Positions 9,112-18,895 of a stretch of DNA of 33,484 nt are shown here, one piece after another. Under the pieces are notes generated by a model. The model did not search any database and was not told the DNA's origin. It saw nothing but the letters and a program-made list of their open reading frames with translations. The DNA lies in assembly GCF_024521635.1 (NCBI RefSeq), contig NW_026250430.1:496001-529484 (forward strand). The letters are read 5' to 3'. A program made the position numbers and the translations under genes. Source of the DNA: Tricharina praecox (taxonomy: Eukaryota). Position 1 is the stretch's first letter; the number at the start of each line of letters is the position of its first letter.

Positions 9112-9673
9112 GTCGTCAGCTCTCTTCGGATAGTCTTCTCGACTAGGTAGGTGGTAAACACCACGCGCCCAAGATAGATCGGGGTTCCCGAGCAATTATC
9201 TCCCTCATGCGCCGGCAGAGTTCTTCGCTCGAAGTTCTCTGCCCCCATAGGTCGATGTTCGATTCTCTCGTCATAACAGTTTTTCCCTGGATCGGAGTTC
9301 CTACTGTGGGGCCCTATGAACGGAGATCTCAAAGTCCTCTGGACTGTTATCCCGATCACCCGCATCTCCGATCACTGTCTAGACTCTGGAATCCGTTTGC
9401 TCCCTCCTTCCTATCTTGTCCTTGATCGCTTCTAACTATCCCTTCGGCTCGGAACTCTATTCTAACCACCCGGACTATCTAATCACATCTCTTGCGACCG
9501 TTGTGACCTCCGATACGTTTCGGGGTGTCACACCATCTCCCCTCCCACGAGGTCTCGGCCCGCAGTACCCAAGTCCTCGCTTTCAATCTAACCTGATAAC
9601 TGTGGATGAAGTCCTCCATCCCCTTCATCCTACTACCTGCCCGAGTTCGAGAAAACCACATGGGAAAAAACAC

Positions 9674-11296
9674 TTACCCATCTGTGAGCCGGTAGTCCCT
9701 CGGCGCATCGGGATTTTTGCGATGAAACTCGCGTAGCTTTTCCCGACCGCGTACTGAGAAGTTGTCGAATGGCTCGTTCGTCCAGTCCCGTCGTTCGGGG
9801 TAGTTGAGCCATTTTACGAGGTAGAGCACTCGTCGATCTTTCTTCGAGCTGCCGATAACCTCATTGACTTCGTATTCTTCGTTGCCTTCCACATCATCGG
9901 CTTCTCGCAAGATCTGAGAGGGATCCGGTGGTGCTCGGGTGCCGGCTCGGAATGGTTCAAAGAGCGAGACGTGAAAGACGTTATGAATCTTCCACTTCCT
10001 TGGCAGAGTGAGTTTGACAGCGAGCGGCGATACAATCTTCTTGATTTGGAAGGGACCATGGTTCTTGTGGTCCAACTTCCGCGACGGTCGGCGGGTTTGA
10101 ATGTTCCGCCCGTGATGCATTACCAAGTCTCCTACTTGATAAGCCGGCGCCTCTTGATGGTGTTGGTCTGCATACTTGCGCATTCGTTTGCGCGTTCGTT
10201 CGAGGGTCTTAATGTTGTCCTCATGGATTGTATGCATCCAGTGAGCGTAGACCTTGCTGGCGGGGTTGAGAGAATTGGCCGCAGCAGGGTTTGTCGCCGA
10301 AGGGTGGTATCCGAAATTTGCATAGAAGGGCCAGATTCCGGTTGCCGATGTAACCGAGTTGTTGTAGGCAAACTCAGCCATTGGTAGGAGATTCCCCCAA
10401 TCGTTCTGCTCATAGTTGACGAAGCAGCGCAGGTAGGCTTCGATCGTCCAGTTGAGGCGTTCGGTTTGTCCATCCGTCTGTGTGTGGAACGCTGTTGACA
10501 TCCGGGGCTTATTCCCTAGCAGGCGTGTGAATTCTTTCCATGTACCTGAGGTAAACCGTGAGTCTCGGTCTGACACTATGTCTGCTGGTAATCCGTGAAA
10601 GCGCCATATCCCGCGGGCAAACATCTTCGCGAGATCCACGGCTATCACACCATCCTGAGGTAGGCAGATGAAATGCGCCATCTTGGTGGAGCGGTTGACG
10701 ACCACCCATAGCTGGTCGCATCCGTTGGATTCTGGTAGGTCGGTAGTGAAGTCCATGGCTATTGATTGCCATGGGGTGTATGGTAACTCGGGGGCATTGA
10801 GTAGTCCATGCCTCTGGTGCCTTGTTGCTTTGTCCGTCTGACACTGCACGCAACTCCGGACGAAGTCTATTATCTGCTCATCCATCTTTGGCCACCAGAT
10901 ATGGCGCCGGATGAGTTGGATCGTCTTGCCCTGGCCCATATGCCCCACGACTTTCGTATCTTGTTCCCACTCGAGGATGTGTCTGACGAGTTTCTTGTCG
11001 TCTGGTACCCATAGTCTTTCTTTCCTAAACAGGCAGCCCTCTTCCATTCTCAGAATCCTGGCCTTTCGACCCATCCTGCCGGAGTCCCTACTCTCGGCGG
11101 CCAGTTCCTAGGCCTTTCGGCCCTCCGGCTCAGTGTCCTTTTGAGCCGCGTCATCCTTCGTGTCCTCGATGCTGCTCAGAGCCTCCTGATACCCAGCATC
11201 TTCCTTTCCTGCCTTCCTGACCCAACCCAGAAATTCTTCATTCCACTTTGGTACGGGGAATGATTGTAGCCGAGTTGACGAAACCAGGAACACGGT
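9674..11296 (-). pseudogene. pol: C1 pol: integrase and chromodomain part
   Basis: GHMG..C..C zinc-binding region, [23 protein letters not shown] motif and YLVKWLNY chromodomain. Stop at 11108-11110. Confidence 0.92.
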
Positions 11297-11806
11297 TGTC
11301 ACGGCTCGCGACGGGACATTTGAGGAAGAGTCGGAACAGGGGTGGGAAGGCAGCGCGGGGGCAGTGCAAGGGGCTGCGCGGGCTGCAATGCAGGAATGAG
11401 CCGGAGGAATTGGGGCTGTGTGCAGTAAGCAGGGGTAGTGCGGCTGCGCAGGGTATGAGTCACGGAAGCGGGGTACTGGCAAGGTGGATTTCTCAGGGTC
11501 TGGCACACGCCCACGGTTATTGTCAGGTTGCGAGAAGAAGTGGAGGGTTTCCTATATAAACGGGCCGTTGCCCCTCTGTACTTAGTTCTTCACGCAACAA
11601 CTTGTTAATTCAATCACTGTTACCTCTGTCCTTGCCTCGGCTGCCGTCTGCGCCGTAGTCCTTGTCCCTGCCTCTGTTCTCAGTTGCCGTCCGCACTGAG
11701 CCCTGCCTCACCTTGTCCTCTGAACCTGTCTTGTCTCTGCCGAACCTAGAACCCGATTCCGAGCCCGACTTCGCTACCTGGAGCCTTGCCCGACCGTGCC
11801 GTTACA
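11297..11806 (+). repeat. A2 5' LTR (510 bp), TATATAAA at 11553-11560
   Basis: TGTCAC...GTTACA; direct repeat of 16872-17382. Confidence 0.97.
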
Positions 11807-11845
11807 CTTTGTTGCGTCGCCCATCTCTCCACCTAGCGAAGAACC

Positions 11846-13036
11846 ATGGCCACCAATACCCCAGCACCAGACCCTCCCCAGCAGGAGGAAGTACTGGTGG
11901 CACCTCCCTACTGTCGAGAAATTCCCGCCACTGTCTACGAACAACTCGAGATCATCGTTAACCACGACTCACCCGCCGACAATGCAACACTGTCGGGGTT
12001 GTATAACCAGTTCCAAATCATAGCCCGTGCAATCACCCAATCCCCCACAGCAGCACCCACCTGGCGAATAGACGACCTCGAAGAACAACTTGCCAACTCC
12101 CGTCGTATCGCCAACCGTCTCGCCACACTAGAAACCCAACCCCAGGGCCGCGCCGAGCGCGTCCCGGAGCCAGCCATGTTAGATGGCACTCGAGAGAAGC
12201 TCGAAGGGTTCGTTGCCCAGCTTCGACTCAAACTATACAGCGACCCTACCCGTTTCCCGTCCCCAGCACTCAGAATGGCCTACACCTTCAACCGTCTCGA
12301 AGGCCGTGCCCAAGCCCAGATACTGCCGTACATCCAGAACAACGTGATCAGCTTGACCGACGCCGATGCCATGGTCACCATCCTCGAAAACGCCTTCGGC
12401 GATCCCGACCCAGCAGCCACCGCACGCGCCGAACTTCACCGCCTCAAGCAAGGAAACAAGGACTTTACGTCTTACTTTGCGGAGTTTCAAAGACTCGTGT
12501 CCAAGCTGAACTGGGACGAGCATGCCAAACTCGACGCACTCCGCGAAGGAGTCTCCATCGAGCTCCACCGACAACTGGTGGGCCGCACTCAGGGACTCAC
12601 CTACAACCAGTTCGTGGCTCTCTGCCAGAGCCTCGATTCCGAGCTACGTGCCCTCCAACTCCGTGAAGGCCGCCGCAACCCCCCGCGACAAAACCCCACC
12701 CCGCAACCCCCAGCTCCGCCGAGGAATCAAACGCATAACAGTACACCACCGGCAACCACTGCAACCGGAACAGCCCCAGGGGCTATGGACCTCAGCGCGA
12801 ACAGTCGCAAGATCTCTGATCAAGAACGAGCTGCGCGTCTCCGCGAGGGTCGGTGCCTATACTGTGGAGGCAGTGGCCACATGGCCCGACACTGCCCGAA
12901 CAAGAATCGGAACCCTTTCCGTGCCGCAGCTGCACAGCTGACGCACGAGCAACCTGGAACCCTGACCCCCGACCACCCATACCACAATTGCAACCAGAAT
13001 TGTGGCGACAACCAAGGACAGTCGGGAAAAGCCTAG
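11846..13036 (+). CDS. gag: Gag of A2 (capsid-like domain and CCHC zinc knuckle)
   Basis: 396-aa ORF with LKQGNKDFTSYFAEF (major-homology-like region), AMDLS and CLYCGGSGHMARHC. Confidence 0.95.
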   Translation: MATNTPAPDPPQQEEVLVAPPYCREIPATVYEQLEIIVNHDSPADNATLSGLYNQFQIIARAITQSPTAAPTWRIDDLEEQLANSRRIANRLATLETQPQGRAERVPEPAMLDGTREKLEGFVAQLRLKLYSDPTRFPSPALRMAYTFNRLEGRAQAQILPYIQNNVISLTDADAMVTILENAFGDPDPAATARAELHRLKQGNKDFTSYFAEFQRLVSKLNWDEHAKLDALREGVSIELHRQLVGRTQGLTYNQFVALCQSLDSELRALQLREGRRNPPRQNPTPQPPAPPRNQTHNSTPPATTATGTAPGAMDLSANSRKISDQERAARLREGRCLYCGGSGHMARHCPNKNRNPFRAAAAQLTHEQPGTLTPDHPYHNCNQNCGDNQGQSGKA

Positions 13037-16000
13037 ACCAACAACTGCTTGATGGCACCGTTGTTGGTCGTACCCAGGATAAGTCTTTTTCTCCCTTTTC
13101 TACTCATTATCGTTTGTCCAATTTGTCAGTGTCTGGGATGGTAGTGGAGGAATCATCAATGGAAGGAAAACATCTCGTTGTACTATGTAACCTTTCGTTT
13201 GGTGACAAAACCATTGCCACGCATGCGCTAATCGATTGTGGAGCAACCGGAATCGCCTTTGTAGACAAAGACTTCGCCCGCCATCACAACCTACCCCTTG
13301 TACCCCTTGAATCCCCGCGCGCCCTTGAGGTCATCGACGGCCGCCCCATCGAGTCCAGCGACATCACACACGTTGCCACCACCACCCTGTCAATCCAAGA
13401 TCACCACGAAGAACTCCCGATGTTCGTCACCAAACTGGGGCACTACCCAATCGTACTCGGAATTCCCTGGATGGACCTACACGACGTGGCCATCCGATTC
13501 AGCTCACGCACCCTCACCTTTGGTTCCCAATATTGCACTGCACACTGCAATACGGTACCCACAGTAGCCCACGGTATCACCACAGACCCACCGGAACTAC
13601 CTTACGCTCTCGCACCAAACGTAGCTCTGGAGGAGCCAGCGGTAAGCGCGGGGGCCGGCGACATCGTGGCCCGATACGTTACGTCTCCCCAGATCAATGA
13701 ACACCAGCAGGATGCTAACCAGAGAAAACCCACGGTCAGAATCTCAGCCCTCCGGATGAAGTCTTTCCAGCAGATGGCAGGAAAGGAGAACCTCACCATC
13801 TCCACCACGACCCTGAGGGAGATCAATGAAGTTCTATCTGAAGAAAAACAGAGCTCAACCGCCCACATTCCCCCCGAATATCACGAATTTCTCCACCTGT
13901 TCTCCGAAAGGTTGGCGCAGAACCTACCACCCCATCGGCAATACGACCACAAGATCCCACTAAAGGAAGGATTTGTGCCCCCTTACGGACCCCTCTATTC
14001 GCTCTCGAAAACCGAGCTGGTCGCACTCAAGGAATGGCTTGACGACAATCTGAGCAAGGGATTTATCCGTGCGTCCTCATCACCAGCGGCATCACCGATC
14101 CTGTTTGTCAAAAAATCGGACGGCTCCTTGCGACTGTGTGTGGACTATCGAGGCCTGAACGAAGGAACCATCAAGAACCGCTACCCACTTCCCCTGCTCC
14201 AGGAAACCTTGATGCGACTGTCCGGTGCAAAGTATTTTACAACACTGGATATCCGCGGTGCTTACAACCTGGTACGAATGGCAGAAGGGGAGGAATGGAA
14301 AACGGCCTTCCGGACCCGCTACGGACTTTTCGAATCATTGGTCATGCCTTTCGGGCTAACCAACGCGCCAGCCGACTTCCAAGCCCTGATCAACGACGTT
14401 TTACGACCGTTCCTGGACGACTTCTGTGTTGCCTTCCTAGATGACGTCTTTGTCTACAGCGCGTCACTGGAAGAACACCAAAAACAGGTCACCAAAGTGC
14501 TACGCGCCCTTTCATCGGCCGGACTGCACTTGATACCGGAGAAATGCCACTTCCACCAGACGGAGGTCAAATACCTGGGCCTGATCATAACCACGGAGGG
14601 TATTAAGATGGATCCTGCCAAAGTCTCTTGCGTACTCGAATGGGAAAAACCGACGACGGTAACGGATGTGCAGTGTTTCTTGGGCTTTGTGAACTTCTAC
14701 CGACGCTTTATCCAGGACTACTCTAAGGTGGTATCTCCCCTGACGGCAATGACAAAAAAGGAAAATGGGAAGTACGTCCCCTTCGAATGGGGTATTGACC
14801 AACAGCAAGCCTTCGACACTCTCAAGACTGCCTTCACTAGCGCCCCGATCCTCCGACATTTCGACTACGACCGAGAAATAGTGGTGGAAACTGATGCCTC
14901 GGATTACGTATCGGCCGGTATCCTCTCCCAGTACGACGACGATGGAATCTTGCATCCAGTTGCCTTCTATTCAAAGAAACACTCCCCGGCGGAATGCAAT
15001 TACGAAATCTACGACAAAGAATTGTTGGCGATTGTTCGGGCCTTTGAAGAATGGAGACCACACCTTGAAGGAGCCGCGCACCCGATCCAAGTCCTGAGCG
15101 ACCACAAGAACCTGGAATACTTCATGTCAACCAAGTTGCTCAACCGCCGGCAAGCACGATGGTCGGAATTCCTGTCCCGTTTCGACTTCAAAATCGTCTA
15201 TCGACCTGGTAAAGCAGGAGGGAAACCGGATGCATTGACAAGGAGGTCCGGAGACCTCCCTAAGGAGGGGGATGAAAGACTGCTGGCGAACCAACAAGCA
15301 GTCCTCAAGCCCCAAAACCTGCCGGAAGAATTGAGATTGTCAGCAACCAACCCGTTGGAAGTACCCCGTCCCGCACTCTCTACCCTGATAACCGAAGCAT
15401 ATCAGGCAGATCCAGTGCCGAACAAGGTCCTCCAACTGCTCAGAAACGGAACACGCCACTCGAAGGACATCTCGCTCGCCGACTGCAGCGAAGTCAACGG
15501 ACAATTACATTACCGCGATTGCCTCTACGTTCCTGAACACGACACACTCAGACTTCGCCTGATCCAGGACCACCACGACCCGCCGGCTATGGGCCATCCC
15601 GGAAGAGCAAAAACCTTGGAACTCCTGGCCCGGAACTACTACTGGCCCCAGATGCGGAAGGACGTTGACCGATTCGTGAGGAACTGCCACACTTGCAGAC
15701 GAACCAAAGCAACAAGACACGCCCCCTACGGTGTGCTCCGCCCACTCCCAGTACCCGAGAAACCCTGGCAACATATATCCGTCGACTTCGTAACCGGACT
15801 CCCTCCCTCAAAAGGATTCGATGCCATTTGCGTATTTGTGGACCGCCTCACCAAGCAACGACACCTGCTCCCCTGCAACACGACCATCACCTCCGAGGGG
15901 CTCGCCGAACTATTCTGCGATCGGATCTTCAGATACCACGGACTACCCGACACCATCGTATCGGACCGGGGCCCCCAGTTTGCCTCACGATTTTGGAAAC

Positions 16001-16974
16001 ATCTATGCTCTTGCCTCAAGATCGACGCACGACTCTCCACGGCGTTCCACCCGCAGACAGACGGTCAAACAGAGAGGATGAATGCGGTAATGGAACAACA
16101 CCTCCGGGCATACGTGAGCTACCTGCAGGACGACTGGGTCGACTACCTATTCTTAGCAGAGTTCGCTGGCAACAACCAGACATCCGACACCACTACCCTG
16201 TCCCCGTTTTTTGCTAACCTAGGCTACCACCCCCGTTGCGACTTCGAGCTTGACATCCGAACCGACACGAACGAAGAGCGACAGGCGCAGACAGCGGTAG
16301 AGCGACTCCAACAGATCCACGACGTTGCCCGAAGTGAGATGCGCTACGCCCAAGCACGGCAGCAGGACAACACGGACCGGCACCGAACCCCCGCACCGGC
16401 CTTCCAGCCTGGAGACATGGTAAGGGTGGACGGCCGAAACTGGCGGACGGAGCGGCCAAGCCGAAAACTGGAAAACAAACACCACGGACCCTATCGGATA
16501 ACCCGAGCCATCGGAACCCACGCATACGAACTGGACATCCCGAACACCATCCAAAAGCACCGCACCTTCCCAGTGTCCCTCCTCCATGCATCGGCCGACG
16601 ACCCCCTCCCCGGCCAGATCCTGCCGCCACCGTTACCGGTAATTGTGAACGACCAAGAAGAATGGGAGGTGGAGGAAGTGCTGGACAGCAGAACGCTGAG
16701 GGGAAGACTCCAGTACCTAGTCAAGTGGAGGGGTTTCACGGCACCGACGTGGGAACCTGAGGAGAACCTTGTGGACGTACAGGCAGTGGACGACTTCCAC
16801 CAACGGTACCCAACGAAGCCTGGACCAGTTCAACTTGCTCTCGTGGGAACTCGAGCCTTAGGAGGGGCTACTGTCACGGCTCGCGACGGGACGTTTGAGG
16901 AAGAGTCGGAACAGGGGTGGGAAGGCAGCGCGGGGGCAGTGCAAGGGGCTGCGCGGGCGGCAATGCAGGAATGA
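12853..16974 (+). CDS. pol: Pol of A2 (PR-RT-RNaseH-IN-chromodomain), probably entered by -1 frameshift at 13024-13030
   Basis: LIDCGA; LCVDYRGLN; MPFGLTNAPA; FLDD; VETDASD; H..GH..C..C; ISVDF/IVSDRG/TDGQTER; GPY; WEVEEVLDSR..YLVKWRGF..TWEPEENL. The domain order is Ty3/gypsy. Confidence 0.96.
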   Translation: MPILWRQWPHGPTLPEQESEPFPCRSCTADARATWNPDPRPPIPQLQPELWRQPRTVGKSLDQQLLDGTVVGRTQDKSFSPFSTHYRLSNLSVSGMVVEESSMEGKHLVVLCNLSFGDKTIATHALIDCGATGIAFVDKDFARHHNLPLVPLESPRALEVIDGRPIESSDITHVATTTLSIQDHHEELPMFVTKLGHYPIVLGIPWMDLHDVAIRFSSRTLTFGSQYCTAHCNTVPTVAHGITTDPPELPYALAPNVALEEPAVSAGAGDIVARYVTSPQINEHQQDANQRKPTVRISALRMKSFQQMAGKENLTISTTTLREINEVLSEEKQSSTAHIPPEYHEFLHLFSERLAQNLPPHRQYDHKIPLKEGFVPPYGPLYSLSKTELVALKEWLDDNLSKGFIRASSSPAASPILFVKKSDGSLRLCVDYRGLNEGTIKNRYPLPLLQETLMRLSGAKYFTTLDIRGAYNLVRMAEGEEWKTAFRTRYGLFESLVMPFGLTNAPADFQALINDVLRPFLDDFCVAFLDDVFVYSASLEEHQKQVTKVLRALSSAGLHLIPEKCHFHQTEVKYLGLIITTEGIKMDPAKVSCVLEWEKPTTVTDVQCFLGFVNFYRRFIQDYSKVVSPLTAMTKKENGKYVPFEWGIDQQQAFDTLKTAFTSAPILRHFDYDREIVVETDASDYVSAGILSQYDDDGILHPVAFYSKKHSPAECNYEIYDKELLAIVRAFEEWRPHLEGAAHPIQVLSDHKNLEYFMSTKLLNRRQARWSEFLSRFDFKIVYRPGKAGGKPDALTRRSGDLPKEGDERLLANQQAVLKPQNLPEELRLSATNPLEVPRPALSTLITEAYQADPVPNKVLQLLRNGTRHSKDISLADCSEVNGQLHYRDCLYVPEHDTLRLRLIQDHHDPPAMGHPGRAKTLELLARNYYWPQMRKDVDRFVRNCHTCRRTKATRHAPYGVLRPLPVPEKPWQHISVDFVTGLPPSKGFDAICVFVDRLTKQRHLLPCNTTITSEGLAELFCDRIFRYHGLPDTIVSDRGPQFASRFWKHLCSCLKIDARLSTAFHPQTDGQTERMNAVMEQHLRAYVSYLQDDWVDYLFLAEFAGNNQTSDTTTLSPFFANLGYHPRCDFELDIRTDTNEERQAQTAVERLQQIHDVARSEMRYAQARQQDNTDRHRTPAPAFQPGDMVRVDGRNWRTERPSRKLENKHHGPYRITRAIGTHAYELDIPNTIQKHRTFPVSLLHASADDPLPGQILPPPLPVIVNDQEEWEVEEVLDSRTLRGRLQYLVKWRGFTAPTWEPEENLVDVQAVDDFHQRYPTKPGPVQLALVGTRALGGATVTARDGTFEEESEQGWEGSAGAVQGAARAAMQE
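13024..13069 (+). promoter_or_regulatory. -1 ribosomal frameshift signal: G GGA AAA plus stem-loop
   Basis: The heptamer is in the gag frame two codons before the stop, and pol is in the -1 frame. GACCAACAAC (13036-13045) pairs with GTTGTTGGTC (13060-13069) after a 5-nt spacer. Confidence 0.82.
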
Positions 16975-17382
16975 GCCGGAGGAATTGGGGCTGTGTGCAG
17001 TAAGCAGGGGTAGTGCGGCTGCGCAGGGTATGAGTCACGGAAGCGGGGGTACTGGCAAGGTGGATTTCTCAGGGTCTGGCACACGCCCACGGTTATTGTC
17101 AGGTTGCGAGAAGAAGTGGAGGGTTTCCTATATAAACGGGCCGTTGCCCCTCTGTACTTAGTTCTTCACGCAACAACTTGTTAATTCAATCACTGTTACC
17201 TCTGTCCTTGCCTCGGCTGCCGTCTGCGCCGTAGTCCTTGTCCCTGCCTCTGTTCTCAGTTGCCGTCCGCACTGAGCCCTGCCTCACCTTGTCCTCTGAA
17301 CCTGTCTTGTCTCGGCCGAACCTAGAACCCGATTCCGAGCCCGACTTCGCTACCTGGAGCCTTGCCCGACCGTGCCGTTACA
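16872..17382 (+). repeat. A2 3' LTR (511 bp)
   Basis: Direct repeat of 11297-11806, preceded by AGGAGGGGCTAC. Confidence 0.97.
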
Positions 17383-18093
17383 ACGGTGCTCTCGTCTCCG
17401 GTGCTGATTGATGAAATTCTCGAATCGTCGCCTGCAAAGTGTGATTTATGCCGGATCGTCGTAATCCGCTGCTCTTCCCCCCCCCCTTTTTCAGGGCGGT
17501 ACTCCGGGCCACTGGATAATGCGTCAGGCTTGCCGTTATGGCTGCCGGGCCGGTAGTAGATTTTAAAGTCGATGCCAGCCAGTTCTTGTGCCCATCTCGC
17601 CTGCCGTCGATTGAGTACTTTCATAGTTGTGAAGTACTCAAGGTTCTGGTGGTCGTTGTATACCTGGATGTGGTCTTTTGCTCCCTCGAGATATTGCCGC
17701 CAGTGTTTGAAAGAGTCTACTATCGCGAGTAGTTCCTTGTCGTGAATCTCGAAGTTGATTTTGGCTGGGGTAAACTTTCTTGAGTGGAATGCAACCGGAT
17801 GTATCTTCCCATCCTCTGCCCTTTGAGACAGGACCCCGCCCAACGCGAAGTCCGAAGCGTCAGATTCCACCACGACAGGTAATTCTGGGTTAAAGTGCCC
17901 GAGAATCGGTGCCGTGGTGAACCTAGACTTCAGCTCCTCAAAGGCCAGTTCCATCTCCCCTGTCCATCTCCAATCTTTCCCTTTTTCTTTCGTTCTCTCG
18001 GTCAAGGTTCTCGTGATCTTTGAGAAATCCTTGATGAAGCGCCTGTAGAAATTGGTGAACCCAAGAAAGGCTTGTACTTCCTTGAGGGACTGC
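17383..18093 (-). pseudogene. pol: C1 pol: RT thumb and RNase H part
   Basis: FLGFTNFYRRFI, VESDASD, HDKELLAIV and KPDALS; continues the sequence broken at 11296. Confidence 0.92.
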
Positions 18094-18895
18094 TGTGACA
18101 CCCTGGTCGCAGTCGGCCCGGCTTCAGGGTCCGGCTTTTTACCAACGGAAGTTCGGGAACAATAGTTAGATAGATTAGGGAGCAGGAGGAAACCTTTGGA
18201 TTAGTCGTAGCTAGTCAGAGCAGAGATAGGAAGGAAGGAAGCAAACGGGACCAGAGTCTAGGTGGGATCAGAGGCGCAGCGATACGCACGAAAAGTCCGA
18301 TACAGTCATGCTTGTCTTGAGGCAGGCGAATCGCGAAACAAGCGCAGAGAAAACTCTGATCGGAGACAAACCACTATGACGAGTGTTGCCCCTCTTCTCG
18401 CGTCTTAAGCGAATAAGAGCCGTGCCGAAAGGTGCAGCTCTTATTTGCTTCTGTTGCTTAGCGAAGAGATAGCTGAAACCGGACTATGCTCGGGTAAGGA
18501 TTGGTGCGCTATACCTGCCTAGTTTGTATAAACTATCCTGCAGGCTAACGCCGACTCTGATGTCATGGCGGAGAAAGTCTCCGCACCAAGTGCAGAGATT
18601 TCACGCCAGGGTTTCCATCCGGCAACAAGCTACGGCAACGGCTGGCAGGTGACTTGACCAAATCACCCAACTGTATACACTTCTGACGACACGGCGAAAG
18701 ATTCATCATCAGAATCAGCAACCAGAAAACCATTGACACTACACCTTAAGATTATTCCGTTTGTGAAAGAAAGAATACTATCTATTTTCATCTTTATTTT
18801 ATTCTATCAATTGTCTCCGACGACCGACATCGTTATAGTCTCACACTATAATCTTAAGAAAAATCGATCCTGTTTTAAGAATTGCCACCTACGAA

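Larger units (their letters stand above)
11297..17382 (+). mobile_element. Full-length family-A Ty3/gypsy chromovirus (A2), TSD ACGGT
   Basis: LTRs 11297-11806 and 16872-17382 differ by 3 substitutions and 1 indel by eye. ACGGT at 11292-11296 and 17383-17387. PBS 11809-11817, PPT 16860-16867, open gag and pol. Confidence 0.97.
8725..18093 (-). mobile_element. Family-C chromovirus C1, 3' half; 3' LTR 8725-9532, PPT 9533-9548; hosts a D solo LTR and element A2
   Basis: Collinear with 26176-29333 once the insertions are removed. It is truncated at 18093 by a B LTR. Confidence 0.92.

Noticed and set aside
9084..9736. Short ORFs recurring in C LTRs and 3' UTRs (also 26431-27068 and 33112-33378) as accessory or env genes
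   Set aside because: They recur only because the LTR is repeated. Starts are mostly non-ATG, ends vary, no motifs are evident, and the equivalent frame in B1 has a stop.
11108..11506. Novel fusion proteins at insertion junctions (also 17322-18101)
   Set aside because: These are chance read-through from antisense LTR sequence into broken C1 pol.
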